Shown: piece after piece, positions 27,604 through 37,895 of the stretch
Layout of the letters: the number at the start of each line of letters is the position of its first letter
Numbering within the stretch: the stretch's first letter is position 1
Assembly (NCBI GenBank): GCA_018303205.1
Contig: JAGVYP010000066.1
Coordinates: 4,706 to 68,705 of the forward strand
Source of the DNA: Candidatus Woesearchaeota archaeon
GTDB taxonomy: Archaea > Nanobdellota > Nanobdellia > Woesearchaeales > JAGWAF01
Reading direction: 5' to 3'
Length of the DNA: 64,000 nt
Notes under the pieces: generated by a model
Told to the model about the DNA's origin: nothing
Database searches by the model: none
Seen by the model: only the letters and a program-made list of their open reading frames with translations
Translations under genes and position numbers: made by a program

Positions 27604-29121
27604 TTACTTTATTGAAAAAAGTGGAGTTTCAAGTGGTTTGTCTTGCTGATAAGGTATGTGCATATTCAACGCAATCTCTGCTTTCATAAGTTCGATAGTG
27701 ATATCGCAATAATGATCAGCTCTTGACAAAAGATGCAGCTTAGCAAATTTCATGATTAATTCCCGACATGTTTTTCCTACAAAAGTGAAAAGTTCTTCTC
27801 CTTCGTAAGAAAGAAGCGTTGCTTGGATAGCATTGTTCAGAACCTGTATTTTTACTATCCCACGGGGATCCAAATCCCTGTGCTCCTTAAATCGCGTTGA
27901 TATTCTTTCTCGCAATTGACACATGACCAGATCTTTTGCATCTTTCCATTCCTCTTCATAAATATGAGCGGAATGCGAAGTAATACTTAAAACACCTTTT
28001 TCTAAAGATAATGCTTTTGCAATGTAATCTTGCAGAGCAAGTAAACCAAAAGTATTAGAAATTCCTGCCTTGAAAATATCATGCGAGCGAAAAGTTGCAA
28101 AGAGATTTACTTTTGTGTCAACCATGACTTGTACATGATTCAAACAAGGAGGTGAACTGCTTTCATAATCTTTTTCAGGGTCAAAGGTTATTGCTATAGC
28201 TCTTCGTGTAGTTGCATTCTTTTTTAATTTCTCTATCATCTTTGCAATCTGATCTATGTTATGATAATCTCTTAATCGTTCACCATAGGTGTATGCCACA
28301 CCTTCTTTTTTTTCAGGTGAAAGAAAACAAGCACTGTAATTTTCTAGAGCTTTTGCATCTAAACCAATTATCTCTTCTATATTTCTCGGAAGCTTTGGAA
28401 AGAAAGGTTGTTCATGCTCTTCAATGACCCAGGTAATATGCTGCAATTCTTTTTGTCGTGATCCATATTCTGTTTTTTTTATTTTTCCATAACTCAAAAT
28501 AAAATCCACTACCCTTAACCATGTTAAAAAAAGGGAATTTTCTCTTGCAAGAAAGCCTACTTCTTCTGAAGGTAGCTCTTTAGAGGTGTCTCTTATCGGT
28601 TCTGGAAAGGAATATTTTTTTCGTTCATTTTCTTCCTGAAAAGAGAATTGGTGTTGCTTGATTGCACTTATCAGTTCTGAAATATCCTGTTTATCAATAT
28701 CAATCAGCTTTACTTTTTCTATAAGCTCTCTTATACAAGTAAGATCAATTTCTTTATGTATAGAAATCGTGGTTCCTGTAACAATATGTTCCTCTGTGAT
28801 ACCCTCTTTCCATAACTGAAAGAGTGCTTGCCATGCTTTTCTCCCCATTTCTGTATTAGAAAGAGGGCTTTTTCTCCATACGAACACATATTGAATACTC
28901 GGGTTCAGCAATAGATTACGCAACAAAATAGAAATGCCTTCCTGACTATACAAGGTACCTGTTATGGAGATATGCATTTTAATCTCAGGATGCATCTTTA
29001 TGAGCGTTTCGGTATCACTCCAACACGTGCAAAGAGCGAGAGGACTCTGTTCCCCCTCTATAATAGGATACTTCTCCGGTTGATAGAAGGTTCCTTGTTC
29101 TTTTGAGATACTCAGAGTCAT
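27604..29121 (-). CDS. thymidylate synthase (ThyA)-like C-terminal domain fused to an N-terminal domain of about 240 aa of unknown function
   Basis: ThyA hallmarks in the C-terminal half: YTYGERLRDY (YGxxWR), TRRAIAITFDP, SPPCLNH (catalytic Cys), DIFKAGISNTFGL, AHIY. Confidence 0.65.
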   Translation of the reverse strand: MTLSISKEQGTFYQPEKYPIIEGEQSPLALCTCWSDTETLIKMHPEIKMHISITGTLYSQEGISILLRNLLLNPSIQYVFVWRKSPLSNTEMGRKAWQALFQLWKEGITEEHIVTGTTISIHKEIDLTCIRELIEKVKLIDIDKQDISELISAIKQHQFSFQEENERKKYSFPEPIRDTSKELPSEEVGFLARENSLFLTWLRVVDFILSYGKIKKTEYGSRQKELQHITWVIEEHEQPFFPKLPRNIEEIIGLDAKALENYSACFLSPEKKEGVAYTYGERLRDYHNIDQIAKMIEKLKKNATTRRAIAITFDPEKDYESSSPPCLNHVQVMVDTKVNLFATFRSHDIFKAGISNTFGLLALQDYIAKALSLEKGVLSITSHSAHIYEEEWKDAKDLVMCQLRERISTRFKEHRDLDPRGIVKIQVLNNAIQATLLSYEGEELFTFVGKTCRELIMKFAKLHLLSRADHYCDITIELMKAEIALNMHIPYQQDKPLETPLFSIK

Positions 29122-29195
29122 AGCTAAGAAGGTTCATCCGGACTTTTTATCTTTTGTGACAAAAAAACACAAAATATATAAAAATAAGTACTTTT

Positions 29196-29879
29196 ATGTC
29201 ATTTATGACAAATGTGATGCAACACGTTACTGCACTGATAGACCAAGATGTTTCCTTGCGCAGATCTTTAACACGTGGATTTGTAAATACCAGAGCCTTA
29301 GCTCTTTATATCCAAAACCATCTAGAAATAAGCGCAAGTTTAGATGCGATCATCAGTGCTATTCGAAGATATGATCTTTCAAATACCTTTAAAGACACAA
29401 CCAAGAAACGCTATGAAATCATAGCAAAAGCAAAAATCTCTTCTCGTACCAATCTTTGCTCCCTTCTTCTCAAAAAAGAAAAAGAAGTACAGGAAATACT
29501 CTCCTCCTACTATCTCCTTTTTGATTTTTCCAAAGGAGAAATTTTTAGAATACTCGAATCCTCTCAAAATATTACCCTCATCCTTGATGATACCCAAAGA
29601 GATACCCTAAAAAATATGTTCAAAAAAACACACATACTTTCTACAACAAAAAATCTAGGAGAGATTTCCTTGATCTACCCCTTAGACATCTCCTCATTCC
29701 CTGGAATTTTCGCGGCAGTCAACAGCGAGATAGCCTTAAATAATATTGCTATAAAAAACGCAATCCTTTGCGAATCAGAACATACCATCATTCTTCATGA
29801 AAAAGATATTATTCCTACCTTAAACATTCTTTCCCATATTCGTTCTTGGGATGCAGAAAAGAAAAAACAATCCTATTAG
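29196..29879 (+). CDS. hypothetical protein (possible HTH plus regulatory domain)
   Basis: 227-aa ORF with codon usage consistent with neighbours; no confident family assignment. Confidence 0.4.
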   Translation: MSFMTNVMQHVTALIDQDVSLRRSLTRGFVNTRALALYIQNHLEISASLDAIISAIRRYDLSNTFKDTTKKRYEIIAKAKISSRTNLCSLLLKKEKEVQEILSSYYLLFDFSKGEIFRILESSQNITLILDDTQRDTLKNMFKKTHILSTTKNLGEISLIYPLDISSFPGIFAAVNSEIALNNIAIKNAILCESEHTIILHEKDIIPTLNILSHIRSWDAEKKKQSY

Positions 29880-30039
29880 AAAATTTCCGAATCTTTCGAG
29901 TCCATATGCGAGTCCATTTGTCATAGTTTTATTTTACTGATTTGAAGCTTGATCTGATGCAGCTATTCTCTTTTTTAGACACGCACTCCAAAACCTCAAG
30001 CTTTATAAAAGGAGCCATCCCCCATTCCCAGGGGATCAT

Positions 30040-30909
30040 ATGTTTGAGGCATTAAAGACTTTTTATGAACAAAAATACAAAGCATTAATGATCATTCCCT
30101 TCTTGATTCTTTTACTTGCTTTTGCCCAAATTGGAGTGCAATACGCTCAAACAGGAGAATTTATGCATAGAGGTGTCTCACTCAAAGGAGGCCTTTCTGT
30201 CGCACTTCCCCATCACTTCATGCCACCCGAGCAATTAGAAACCTTGCTCTCAGAAAAATTTCCTCAAGGAGATATCAGTGTGAGAAGCATTGCTGACACA
30301 GGATTGATTATTGACGCTTCTGATGTTTCCCAAGAAGAACTTCTTTCAGCTTTAGAATCACAATTTGGTGCATTAGGAGATTACAACATCGGAGAAATTG
30401 GTTCTTCATTAGGGGAAAGTTTTTTTAAAGAAACCTTTTTTTCACTTTTGATCGCTTTCTTACTGATGTCCCTTGTTGTTTTTATAACCTTTAGAAGTCC
30501 TATCCCTAGTTTGGCAGTGATTCTTGCTGCTTTTTCTGATATTGTAGTAACATTAGCTATCATAAATGTGTTAGGAATTAAAATAAGTTCTGCGGGTATT
30601 GCAGCTTTTTTGATGTTGATTGGATATTCTGTGGATACTGATATTCTTCTGAGCACTAGGGTTCTCAAGCAAAAAGAAGGAACGGTTATGGACCGTATTT
30701 ATAGTTCTATCAAAACAGGTTTAAGCATGACTGCTACAACAGTAACTGCTTTAATTGCAGGATTGTTCTTTTCTAATTCAGATACGATTTTGCAAATCAT
30801 GCTTATTTTACTTATCGGATTAATTGCAGATCTTCCCATGACGTGGATTCAGAATACAGGTATCTTGCGTTGGTATCTTGAACGAAAAGGTGCGCAGAAA
30901 AATGAATGA
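30040..30909 (+). CDS. secF: protein-export membrane protein SecF
   Basis: Six-TM SecF topology with periplasmic loop. Followed by secD with an 8-nt overlap. Confidence 0.8.
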   Translation: MFEALKTFYEQKYKALMIIPFLILLLAFAQIGVQYAQTGEFMHRGVSLKGGLSVALPHHFMPPEQLETLLSEKFPQGDISVRSIADTGLIIDASDVSQEELLSALESQFGALGDYNIGEIGSSLGESFFKETFFSLLIAFLLMSLVVFITFRSPIPSLAVILAAFSDIVVTLAIINVLGIKISSAGIAAFLMLIGYSVDTDILLSTRVLKQKEGTVMDRIYSSIKTGLSMTATTVTALIAGLFFSNSDTILQIMLILLIGLIADLPMTWIQNTGILRWYLERKGAQKNE

Positions 30910-32587
30910 GACGTTAAAAAAACTTTTAATGAATGGAAGAGTTATCACGTTGCTTATTTTTATCATCTTTGCCATTGTGGCTATTAACCCTCAATTTAAT
31001 CCTGAAGGCGTTGCTATCAGAAGTATTACTATGAATTCCTCTGCAGCGTTAGCAGGTATTGAAAATCCTAAACCTACCCTTGCTCCTACGAAAAGAGAAC
31101 TGATCATCGCACTGAATAATCTTCCTATCAAATCCGTAGAAGAGTATACTTCTGCAATTGCCAACCTTAAACCAAATCAAACCATAACTCTCCAAACGAA
31201 TAAAGGTCTTTATTCTTTAATGACAAAACCAAAACTCGTTGTAGTGGGATATGAGAATATCACTGAAGAAATTATCACGAATCAAACAACAAATAGTACT
31301 TCTCTTGTAACACGAATAGTTCCCAAAACTGAAGAACAGGGTATTGAACCTTTAGGTTTGTCTATCAGTGAAGCTCCGAGTTCTAATCTCAGAAAAGGCC
31401 TTGACTTACAAGGGGGAACAAGAGTTGTTTTGCAGCCTGAAACTTTCCAAACAGAAGAAGATCTGGATATTATCATCTCAAATATGCAGGAGCGTTTAAA
31501 CGTCTATGGTTTAAGTGATGTGGTTGTGAAATCTTCAGGTGATCTTTCTGGAAACCAATACGTTATCGTTGAAATTGCAGGAGCAAATGAAGAAGAAGTC
31601 AAGGAGCTTCTTGCAAAACAGGGAAAATTTGAAGCTGTCATAGGAAACACCACGGTTTTTAGAGGAGGAACAGACATTACTTATGTATGCAGGTCTGCTG
31701 ATTGTTCAGGTATTGATCCCCGAGTTGGTTGTCAACAGAGTGGTGATGGATGGTTCTGCGGTTTCTCTTTTTCTATCTCTTTGAGTCCTGAAGCTGCACG
31801 GCGTCAAGCCGATGCCACGGGGAAATTACAGATCATTCCTGACGCTTCAGGAAGTCCTATTTTGAGTGATAATATTCGTTTTTATCTTGATGATAAAGAA
31901 GTTGACTCTTTGCAAATTGGTGCTGAATTAAGAGGGAGAGCAACTACTGAAATTTCTATTCGCGGTTCTGGAAATGGTATTTCTGAACAAGATGCGATCA
32001 CTAATACCTTAGAGTCCATGAAACGGCAGCAGACGATTTTAACCACAGGATCCTTGCCTGTGAAGATGAACATTGTCAAGACTGATAATTTAAGTGCATC
32101 ATTAGGAGCACAATTCATCAATAATGCATTATGGGTTGGCCTTGTTGCTTTGATTGCTGTTTGTGTTGTCATTCTTCTTATGTACAGAACTTGGAAGGTT
32201 GCGATTCCAATGATTTTGTCAAGTTGCTGTGAGCTTATTCTTATTTTTGGTCTTGCTGCTTTGATTGGTTGGAATCTTGATCTTGCAGCGATTGCAGGAG
32301 TCATTGTTGCTATTGGTACAGGAGTCAATGATCAGATTGTGATTACTGATGAAACTTTTAGTAAGCGTGCAAATTCTCAGGAAAATTGGCTGAAAAGATT
32401 CAAAAAAGCCTTTTTTATTATCATGGCTGCATACGCAACGATGGTTGTTGCTATGATACCTCTGCTCTTTGCAGGTGCTGGTTTGCTCAAAGGTTTCGCT
32501 TTAACCTCCATCATGGCTATTTCTTTCGGGGTGTTTGTTACAAGACCAGCGTATGCTGCTGTCTTAAAAATCTTGTTGAAAGAATAA
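30902..32587 (+). CDS. secD: protein-export membrane protein SecD
   Basis: Large periplasmic domain plus C-terminal 5-6 TM bundle homologous to SecF. Likely start ATG 30902 (overlapping the secF stop) rather than the ORF-track 30878. Confidence 0.8.
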   Translation: MNETLKKLLMNGRVITLLIFIIFAIVAINPQFNPEGVAIRSITMNSSAALAGIENPKPTLAPTKRELIIALNNLPIKSVEEYTSAIANLKPNQTITLQTNKGLYSLMTKPKLVVVGYENITEEIITNQTTNSTSLVTRIVPKTEEQGIEPLGLSISEAPSSNLRKGLDLQGGTRVVLQPETFQTEEDLDIIISNMQERLNVYGLSDVVVKSSGDLSGNQYVIVEIAGANEEEVKELLAKQGKFEAVIGNTTVFRGGTDITYVCRSADCSGIDPRVGCQQSGDGWFCGFSFSISLSPEAARRQADATGKLQIIPDASGSPILSDNIRFYLDDKEVDSLQIGAELRGRATTEISIRGSGNGISEQDAITNTLESMKRQQTILTTGSLPVKMNIVKTDNLSASLGAQFINNALWVGLVALIAVCVVILLMYRTWKVAIPMILSSCCELILIFGLAALIGWNLDLAAIAGVIVAIGTGVNDQIVITDETFSKRANSQENWLKRFKKAFFIIMAAYATMVVAMIPLLFAGAGLLKGFALTSIMAISFGVFVTRPAYAAVLKILLKE

Positions 32588-32618
32588 TCTTTTATACCAC
32601 TTCTGTTTACGACGAGGT

Positions 32619-32975
32619 ATGCCTTCAAAAAAAATTGCTGTATTGCTTGTTGTGCTTACTACTTTTTTGACAACTACTGCACAACTGTTCTTTAAAGAAG
32701 GTTCTCAGTATCTCCCGAAACTTACTGCGTTTCTTTTTTTTGGTATTCTCATTTATGCGTTTGCTTCACTTCTTTTAGTGTACGCATTCAAAGGAGGGGA
32801 AGTAAGCTCTTTATATCCTATCATGGCTTCTAGTTATCTCTGGGTTGCTGTTTTTGCCTGGTTTTTTTTCCAGGAAAGCTTTACACTCTTTAAACTTCTC
32901 GGATTAGGATGTATTTTTATGGGCGTTTCCCTTCTCGGGTATCATGCTCAACAATCAACAGAGGTTCTCTCATGA
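32619..32975 (+). CDS. EamA/DMT-superfamily 4-TM half-transporter
   Basis: 118 aa with four hydrophobic helices in EamA-like repeat architecture. Confidence 0.5.
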   Translation: MPSKKIAVLLVVLTTFLTTTAQLFFKEGSQYLPKLTAFLFFGILIYAFASLLLVYAFKGGEVSSLYPIMASSYLWVAVFAWFFFQESFTLFKLLGLGCIFMGVSLLGYHAQQSTEVLS

Positions 32976-33316
32976 TTCTCTGGTGGTCCTTGCTCTTAGT
33001 GTTGGGAGCTGGTTTTTTAGGAGGTCTTGGCGCATTCTTCTTCAAGAAAAGCTCTTCCTCTTTTTCCTTGAGCGTGGATGGAATATTAAAAAATAAAAAT
33101 CTTATTTTAGGTTGCTTCTCTTATGCCTTAAGCGTTATCTTTTTTGTCCCTGCTCTTTCCGGGGCTGATGTTTCTGTTCTTTATCCCTTAGCAGCAACCA
33201 ATTACCTCTGGGCATGTTTTTTTTCCGTACATTTTTTAAAGGAGAACATGACAAAAGCCAAATGGTTAAGCATTGCACTGATCATTATCGGTGTTACTTT
33301 TTTAGGAGGTAGTTAA
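32972..33316 (+). CDS. EamA/DMT-superfamily 4-TM half-transporter (partner)
   Basis: MILWWSLLLVLGAGFLGG… paralogous to the upstream gene. ATG overlaps the upstream TGA (ATGA). Confidence 0.5.
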   Translation: MILWWSLLLVLGAGFLGGLGAFFFKKSSSSFSLSVDGILKNKNLILGCFSYALSVIFFVPALSGADVSVLYPLAATNYLWACFFSVHFLKENMTKAKWLSIALIIIGVTFLGGS

Positions 33317-33985
33317 ATGGATGTTGTCATTTCTTTAGGAGGATCACTCATTGTTCCTCAGGAAATTGATGTTTCTTTTTTGAAATCTTTTGTACACCTT
33401 GTCCATGCACATACGAAGAAAGGATATCATGTTGTCATCATTTGCGGAGGAGGATACACCTGCAGATGGTATCAGCATGCAGCAAAAAAATTAGGATGTA
33501 CTCATTCTTCTGATCTTGATTGGATCGGTATTCGTGCTACACATCTTAATGCTGAACTCATTCGCTCATTATTCAAGGAAGCTTATGATCATGTCATTAC
33601 GAATCCTACAGAAAAAATAAAAACAGACAAAAAAATTATCATTGGTTGTGGTTGGAAACCCGGATTTTCTTCAGACATGGACTCTGTACAGATAGCTAAC
33701 AATTTAGGCATCACTCATATCATTAATCTTACCAATGTTGATTATGTCTACGACAAAGATCCACGAAAATATCCTGATGCACAACCCAAAAAAACATTGA
33801 CCTGGAAAGAACTGCAACACATTGTTGGAAACAAATGGACACCCGGAGCAAACTTCCCTTTTGATCCCAAAGCAACAGCATACGCAGCAAAAACAAAAAA
33901 AAGATTATACATTGTGAAAGGAAACATTACCAATCTTAAAAATATTCTCGAAGGGAAGAAAGTAACAGGAACTCTGGTGAAATAA
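33317..33985 (+). CDS. pyrH: uridylate (UMP) kinase, archaeal type
   Basis: MDVVISLGGSLIV… amino-acid-kinase fold, about 222 aa, typical archaeal PyrH. Confidence 0.85.
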   Translation: MDVVISLGGSLIVPQEIDVSFLKSFVHLVHAHTKKGYHVVIICGGGYTCRWYQHAAKKLGCTHSSDLDWIGIRATHLNAELIRSLFKEAYDHVITNPTEKIKTDKKIIIGCGWKPGFSSDMDSVQIANNLGITHIINLTNVDYVYDKDPRKYPDAQPKKTLTWKELQHIVGNKWTPGANFPFDPKATAYAAKTKKRLYIVKGNITNLKNILEGKKVTGTLVK

Positions 33986-34723
33986 ATGTTGCAGACTGCA
34001 CTTCAAGCTGCAAAAGAAGCCGGAAAAATAATGATGCGACATTACGGAAAAGTAACTCCTCAGTATAAAGATCACTCTTTTGGCCCTGGTAGTGTTGTAA
34101 CCAAAGCAGATCTTGAGATAGAAGAAAAAATTGTTTCTTTTCTTGAAAAGAAATTTCCCGATCATAATATTTTTGCTGAAGAAAAGACAAAAAAAGACAA
34201 AAAATCAAATTATACCTGGTCTCTCGACCCTATTGATGGTACCTCTAACTTTGTCAGGAACATCCCTCTCTTTGGAATTTCTCTTGGATTGTTGTATAAA
34301 AAAGAGCCCATCCTTGGAGTTATCTTTCTTCCTGCACTAAAGACCCTTGTTCATGCTGAGAAGGGAAAAGGGTGCTTTGTGAATGGGAAAAAAGTGTCTG
34401 TATCTAAAAGAGCATTAAAAGAAGCGTTGTATTTTGGGAGAATTCATAATCTCGCTTCTCATGAAAAGCTAGGAAAACAAATAGCATTATGTAAAATTAT
34501 ACAAGCAAGTTCGTACGAACTTGTGCAAATAGCTCAAGGTAATGCTGAAATCTATGCTACAGAAAGTGTTCTCCATGACGTTGCTGCAGGTGTTATTCTC
34601 ATCAGAGAAGCAGGAGGGCAAGTAACTGATTATGAAGGAAAACCATGGGATGCTTCCTCAAAAACTATTGTTGCCACTAATGGCATTATCCATAAAAAAG
34701 TGCTTTCCTTGTTACAACATTAA
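33986..34723 (+). CDS. inositol monophosphatase / fructose-1,6-bisphosphatase family protein (SuhB-like)
   Basis: IMPase motifs WSLDPIDGTSNF and metal-binding Asp/Glu pattern. Confidence 0.8.
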   Translation: MLQTALQAAKEAGKIMMRHYGKVTPQYKDHSFGPGSVVTKADLEIEEKIVSFLEKKFPDHNIFAEEKTKKDKKSNYTWSLDPIDGTSNFVRNIPLFGISLGLLYKKEPILGVIFLPALKTLVHAEKGKGCFVNGKKVSVSKRALKEALYFGRIHNLASHEKLGKQIALCKIIQASSYELVQIAQGNAEIYATESVLHDVAAGVILIREAGGQVTDYEGKPWDASSKTIVATNGIIHKKVLSLLQH

Positions 34724-34924
34724 GAATGCTTTTCCTTGTGCCTAACTTTCCAAATTTTTAGTAATTTTTATGTTTTTTTCTATCACGTTATTTTTTCAAG
34801 TATTTTTATAATAATAATTTTATCGTCTTTATAATTCGTTTCTTTTAGAATTTTAGTTTGTGTTTTTTTTTGTAAAAATAATAATAAACGGAAAAAATAA
34901 CATTTGTATTCCGCCTAACCTTTT

Positions 34925-35173
34925 CTATTTTTTTACCGGTTTGGGTTCTCCGATATGTTCAAACTTTGGCTTTGCAGGTTTGATCATGCCTACTTCTATT
35001 ACTTTTTTTTCAATACCGTTCCACTTATTTGAGAGCATACTCCCTTCTGTTTCTGCATGCCTAGAAGTGATATACCCACAAGAGCAGGTATGGGTATGGT
35101 AATGTTTTTTCCCCACATGCTTGCTTTCCCATATTGCAATTTCCTTCTTGCATCTATTACATTGAGGTATCAT
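34925..35173 (-). CDS. small zinc-ribbon-like protein (uncertain)
   Basis: CxxC…HxHxC.C arrangement in an 82-aa ORF; could alternatively start at an internal Met. Confidence 0.3.
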   Translation of the reverse strand: MIPQCNRCKKEIAIWESKHVGKKHYHTHTCSCGYITSRHAETEGSMLSNKWNGIEKKVIEVGMIKPAKPKFEHIGEPKPVKK

Positions 35174-35459
35174 GATCGTTCACCCACTTTTCAAAAGCAA
35201 CATTTGCTTTTGCAGAAACTGTTAAAACACAAGGAACTTTATAACTATGCAAGGAGAGAATACGCTGTTCTGCTTTTTTTGCTTGTTTTGTTTTTGCAAT
35301 CACAATGACTTCTTTTTCTTCTTTGAGTTTTCCTTTCCAGGAATACAGTGAAGTGCTTTCTATCAGGTTAGCACAAGCAACAAGCTTTTCTCGCAATAAC
35401 GTTTTTGCAATCGTTGTTGCTTCCTGCTTATTTTTACAAGGAGCATAAAGTATTTCCAT
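35157..35459 (-). CDS. cutA: divalent-cation tolerance protein CutA
   Basis: MEILYAPCKNKQEATTIAKTLLREKLVACANLI…SLYSWKGKL matches the CutA1 family over its full 100 aa. Confidence 0.8.
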   Translation of the reverse strand: MEILYAPCKNKQEATTIAKTLLREKLVACANLIESTSLYSWKGKLKEEKEVIVIAKTKQAKKAEQRILSLHSYKVPCVLTVSAKANVAFEKWVNDHDTSM

Positions 35460-35604
35460 TACTCAATTCAAAGATTGCAAGAATTTAAAAACATTCTGTT
35501 TTTAAGTTTTTTTTAAAGATTTTGTTTGTGTTCATTTTGTATTTCCTATCCCTCTTCTTTCATCTTTTAACACTGAAAAAAACCGGAGTTTCTAAACAGT
35601 CCTT

Positions 35605-36378
35605 ATGTCCAAAAGATCCATAAAATTTATAAAGCAAACCGGACCTTCGCTAGACATGGCCAAGAGAACAATAAAACAGAAAAAACCCTCTAAAAACGAG
35701 CTTCCAGAACCTGAAGCACCGCAGCAACCTACAGGCATGAAAAGCTTTCTCTCTACTCTTATCATCCTAGTCATTACTCTGGCAGCTGCTCTTGCGATTG
35801 CTGGCATTTTTTCAAGTGTTGATATGACACCCTCACCAAAACAAGAAGCTTATGATGAAAAGGATTTTATTTTTCCACTTCCTACAACAAGAGCATATGA
35901 GCTTACTGAAGTAGACCTTTTCTCACTTTCTGACTGGAATAGTTACCAAGTAACCGTAAAAGGTGTTGCTTTAGGAGACACCCTCGAGCAAGTTGAAGAA
36001 AAACTCGGTCCTCCTGATGATGTAGAAGTTTTTAATCCCGTAGTAACTACTTTAATCTATTATGACAATGATGAAAACAAACAACATGCATTATTGTTCT
36101 ATGTTGCTAACAAACAAGTAAGACGTATCTTTGTCAAAGCTCCTTTTAATGACCAATTGAAGGGAAGCACGAAAGTAACGTATGATCTGAGGGGCATTTA
36201 TGACAAGTTTGGTGTTCCTCCAGAACAAGAAGATGTGTACAAGCAACGCATCTTTGAATATCACAAACAAGGACTTGAAATTTATCACAAAAATAAACAA
36301 ATGACAGCTTTTGCTCTTGTACCACCCGGATATAATGGTGGCCAAGATGAAACAAAATCACTCTCTGAGTTTGCATAA
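35605..36378 (+). CDS. membrane-anchored extracellular protein, hypothetical
   Basis: Basic N-terminus, one TM helix (FLSTLIILVITLAAALAIAGIF), about 190 aa exported domain. Confidence 0.45.
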   Translation: MSKRSIKFIKQTGPSLDMAKRTIKQKKPSKNELPEPEAPQQPTGMKSFLSTLIILVITLAAALAIAGIFSSVDMTPSPKQEAYDEKDFIFPLPTTRAYELTEVDLFSLSDWNSYQVTVKGVALGDTLEQVEEKLGPPDDVEVFNPVVTTLIYYDNDENKQHALLFYVANKQVRRIFVKAPFNDQLKGSTKVTYDLRGIYDKFGVPPEQEDVYKQRIFEYHKQGLEIYHKNKQMTAFALVPPGYNGGQDETKSLSEFA

Positions 36379-37184
36379 TGACGCGTCTCTTGTTCGGTAA
36401 GCCTCTTCCAGAAAAACAATTAAAAACTCAATTGCAGCAGTGGAAGAATAAGGAAAATTTTACTCAGTTCTATGAGTATCATCTGCAGCAAACAAAGAGA
36501 CACATAGCTCTTTCTGTTACCCATGACCAATTGGTGATACAAGCAACTCACCATCTTGAAGAATTGAGTAAAATACTCAACACCCTTGCAAAACGCTTGA
36601 GAGAATGGTACGCACTGTATCATCCTGAAACCGGATACCATATTGCTTCCCATGAAGAATTTGTAGAAACCATAACCAAAAAAAACAAGCAGCAACTCTT
36701 AAAAGAATTTCATGTTGTTGATTCCATGGGTTCTGATTTAGAAAAAAAAGACCTCGAAGCTATCATGCAACTTACTACTCTTTTTCTCAACACACAAAAA
36801 ATAAAAAAAGAACAAGAAGACTACCTCTTTTCACTTTTGAAAAAACATTATCCCAATCTTACTGCTTTAGCTGGCCCTCAAATTACCGCAAAACTTATTA
36901 CACTTGCAGGATCGTTAAAAAAATTAATGCTCATGCCTGCTTCTACTGTTCAGCTTTTAGGAGCTGAAAAAGCACTCTTTAGACATCTCAGATCAAAAGC
37001 TAAACCACCTAAGCACGGGATTATTCTTCAACATTCCCTTCTTCAACACGCTCCTTTCCAACAACAAGGAAAACGAGCACGCGTCCTTGCTGACAAACTG
37101 AGCATAGCTGCAAAAGTTGACTATTTTAAAGGAACCTTTATCGGAGAAACCTTACGTAAGGAAATTGAGGCAAAATTCAAATGA
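36378..37184 (+). CDS. Nop5/Nop56-family C/D box snoRNP protein, short form (coiled-coil plus NOP domain only)
   Basis: NOP-domain signature AGPQITAKLITLAGSLKKLMLMPASTVQLLGAEKALFRHL. Only 268 aa, versus about 400 aa for canonical archaeal Nop5. Confidence 0.8.
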   Translation: MTRLLFGKPLPEKQLKTQLQQWKNKENFTQFYEYHLQQTKRHIALSVTHDQLVIQATHHLEELSKILNTLAKRLREWYALYHPETGYHIASHEEFVETITKKNKQQLLKEFHVVDSMGSDLEKKDLEAIMQLTTLFLNTQKIKKEQEDYLFSLLKKHYPNLTALAGPQITAKLITLAGSLKKLMLMPASTVQLLGAEKALFRHLRSKAKPPKHGIILQHSLLQHAPFQQQGKRARVLADKLSIAAKVDYFKGTFIGETLRKEIEAKFK

Positions 37185-37885
37185 AATGGATCATGATGAG
37201 CGTTTGCTTTCTTGTTGCCTGTACTCCTGCAGAACAATTAGCTCCCCTTCCTGAAGGGAATACAAGTATAGAACGAGCATATGTCTTCGATCAACTTCCT
37301 CAAGAAAGTGTAATTCTCGAAGAAAAAACAAAAGAACAAACTATCTCAAATGAAGAAAAAAATAACGAACAAGACTTTGCAGAGCTTTTACAATCACAAG
37401 AAGTTCAAGAGAAAGCAGAGACCTTACAAAATCCTGTTACTCCTCCTCCACAAAAAGGAGATCCACAACCTGAAGTTCATGCAGTTCGTATTTTTGCAGG
37501 TTCAGGACGAGAACTTTTTCCTGACCAAGGAGGAGTATATGAAATTCCTTCGCGTATTGTCAATATACTTGTTGTTTCAGCTGATAACAAGGGACATCCT
37601 TTTCAATTACGCATCAGATCTCCTTCTGTAACCTTTCAACAAAAATCCTTTTCACTCAATTTACGAACATATGCAGACAAAGACATAGGATCTAAATACG
37701 CTGAAAAAAATAAAGTATACTACTTAGATATTAAAACGCCTCTTACTGATGGTTTATATCCTTACTTTTTTATAACAGAAGAATTTGCTTCCACCAAAAA
37801 GCATCATTTATTTATTAGTGCTGTTGATCCTGACCATCATTTGCTCAAAAGCAGTGAGGTTGATATCATTTATCGATTAGTATGA
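37181..37885 (+). CDS. secreted lipoprotein, hypothetical
   Basis: Lipobox (FLVACTP), acidic low-complexity linker, then a globular domain. Confidence 0.45.
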   Translation: MKWIMMSVCFLVACTPAEQLAPLPEGNTSIERAYVFDQLPQESVILEEKTKEQTISNEEKNNEQDFAELLQSQEVQEKAETLQNPVTPPPQKGDPQPEVHAVRIFAGSGRELFPDQGGVYEIPSRIVNILVVSADNKGHPFQLRIRSPSVTFQQKSFSLNLRTYADKDIGSKYAEKNKVYYLDIKTPLTDGLYPYFFITEEFASTKKHHLFISAVDPDHHLLKSSEVDIIYRLV

Positions 37886-37895
37886 GGTTGAGACT

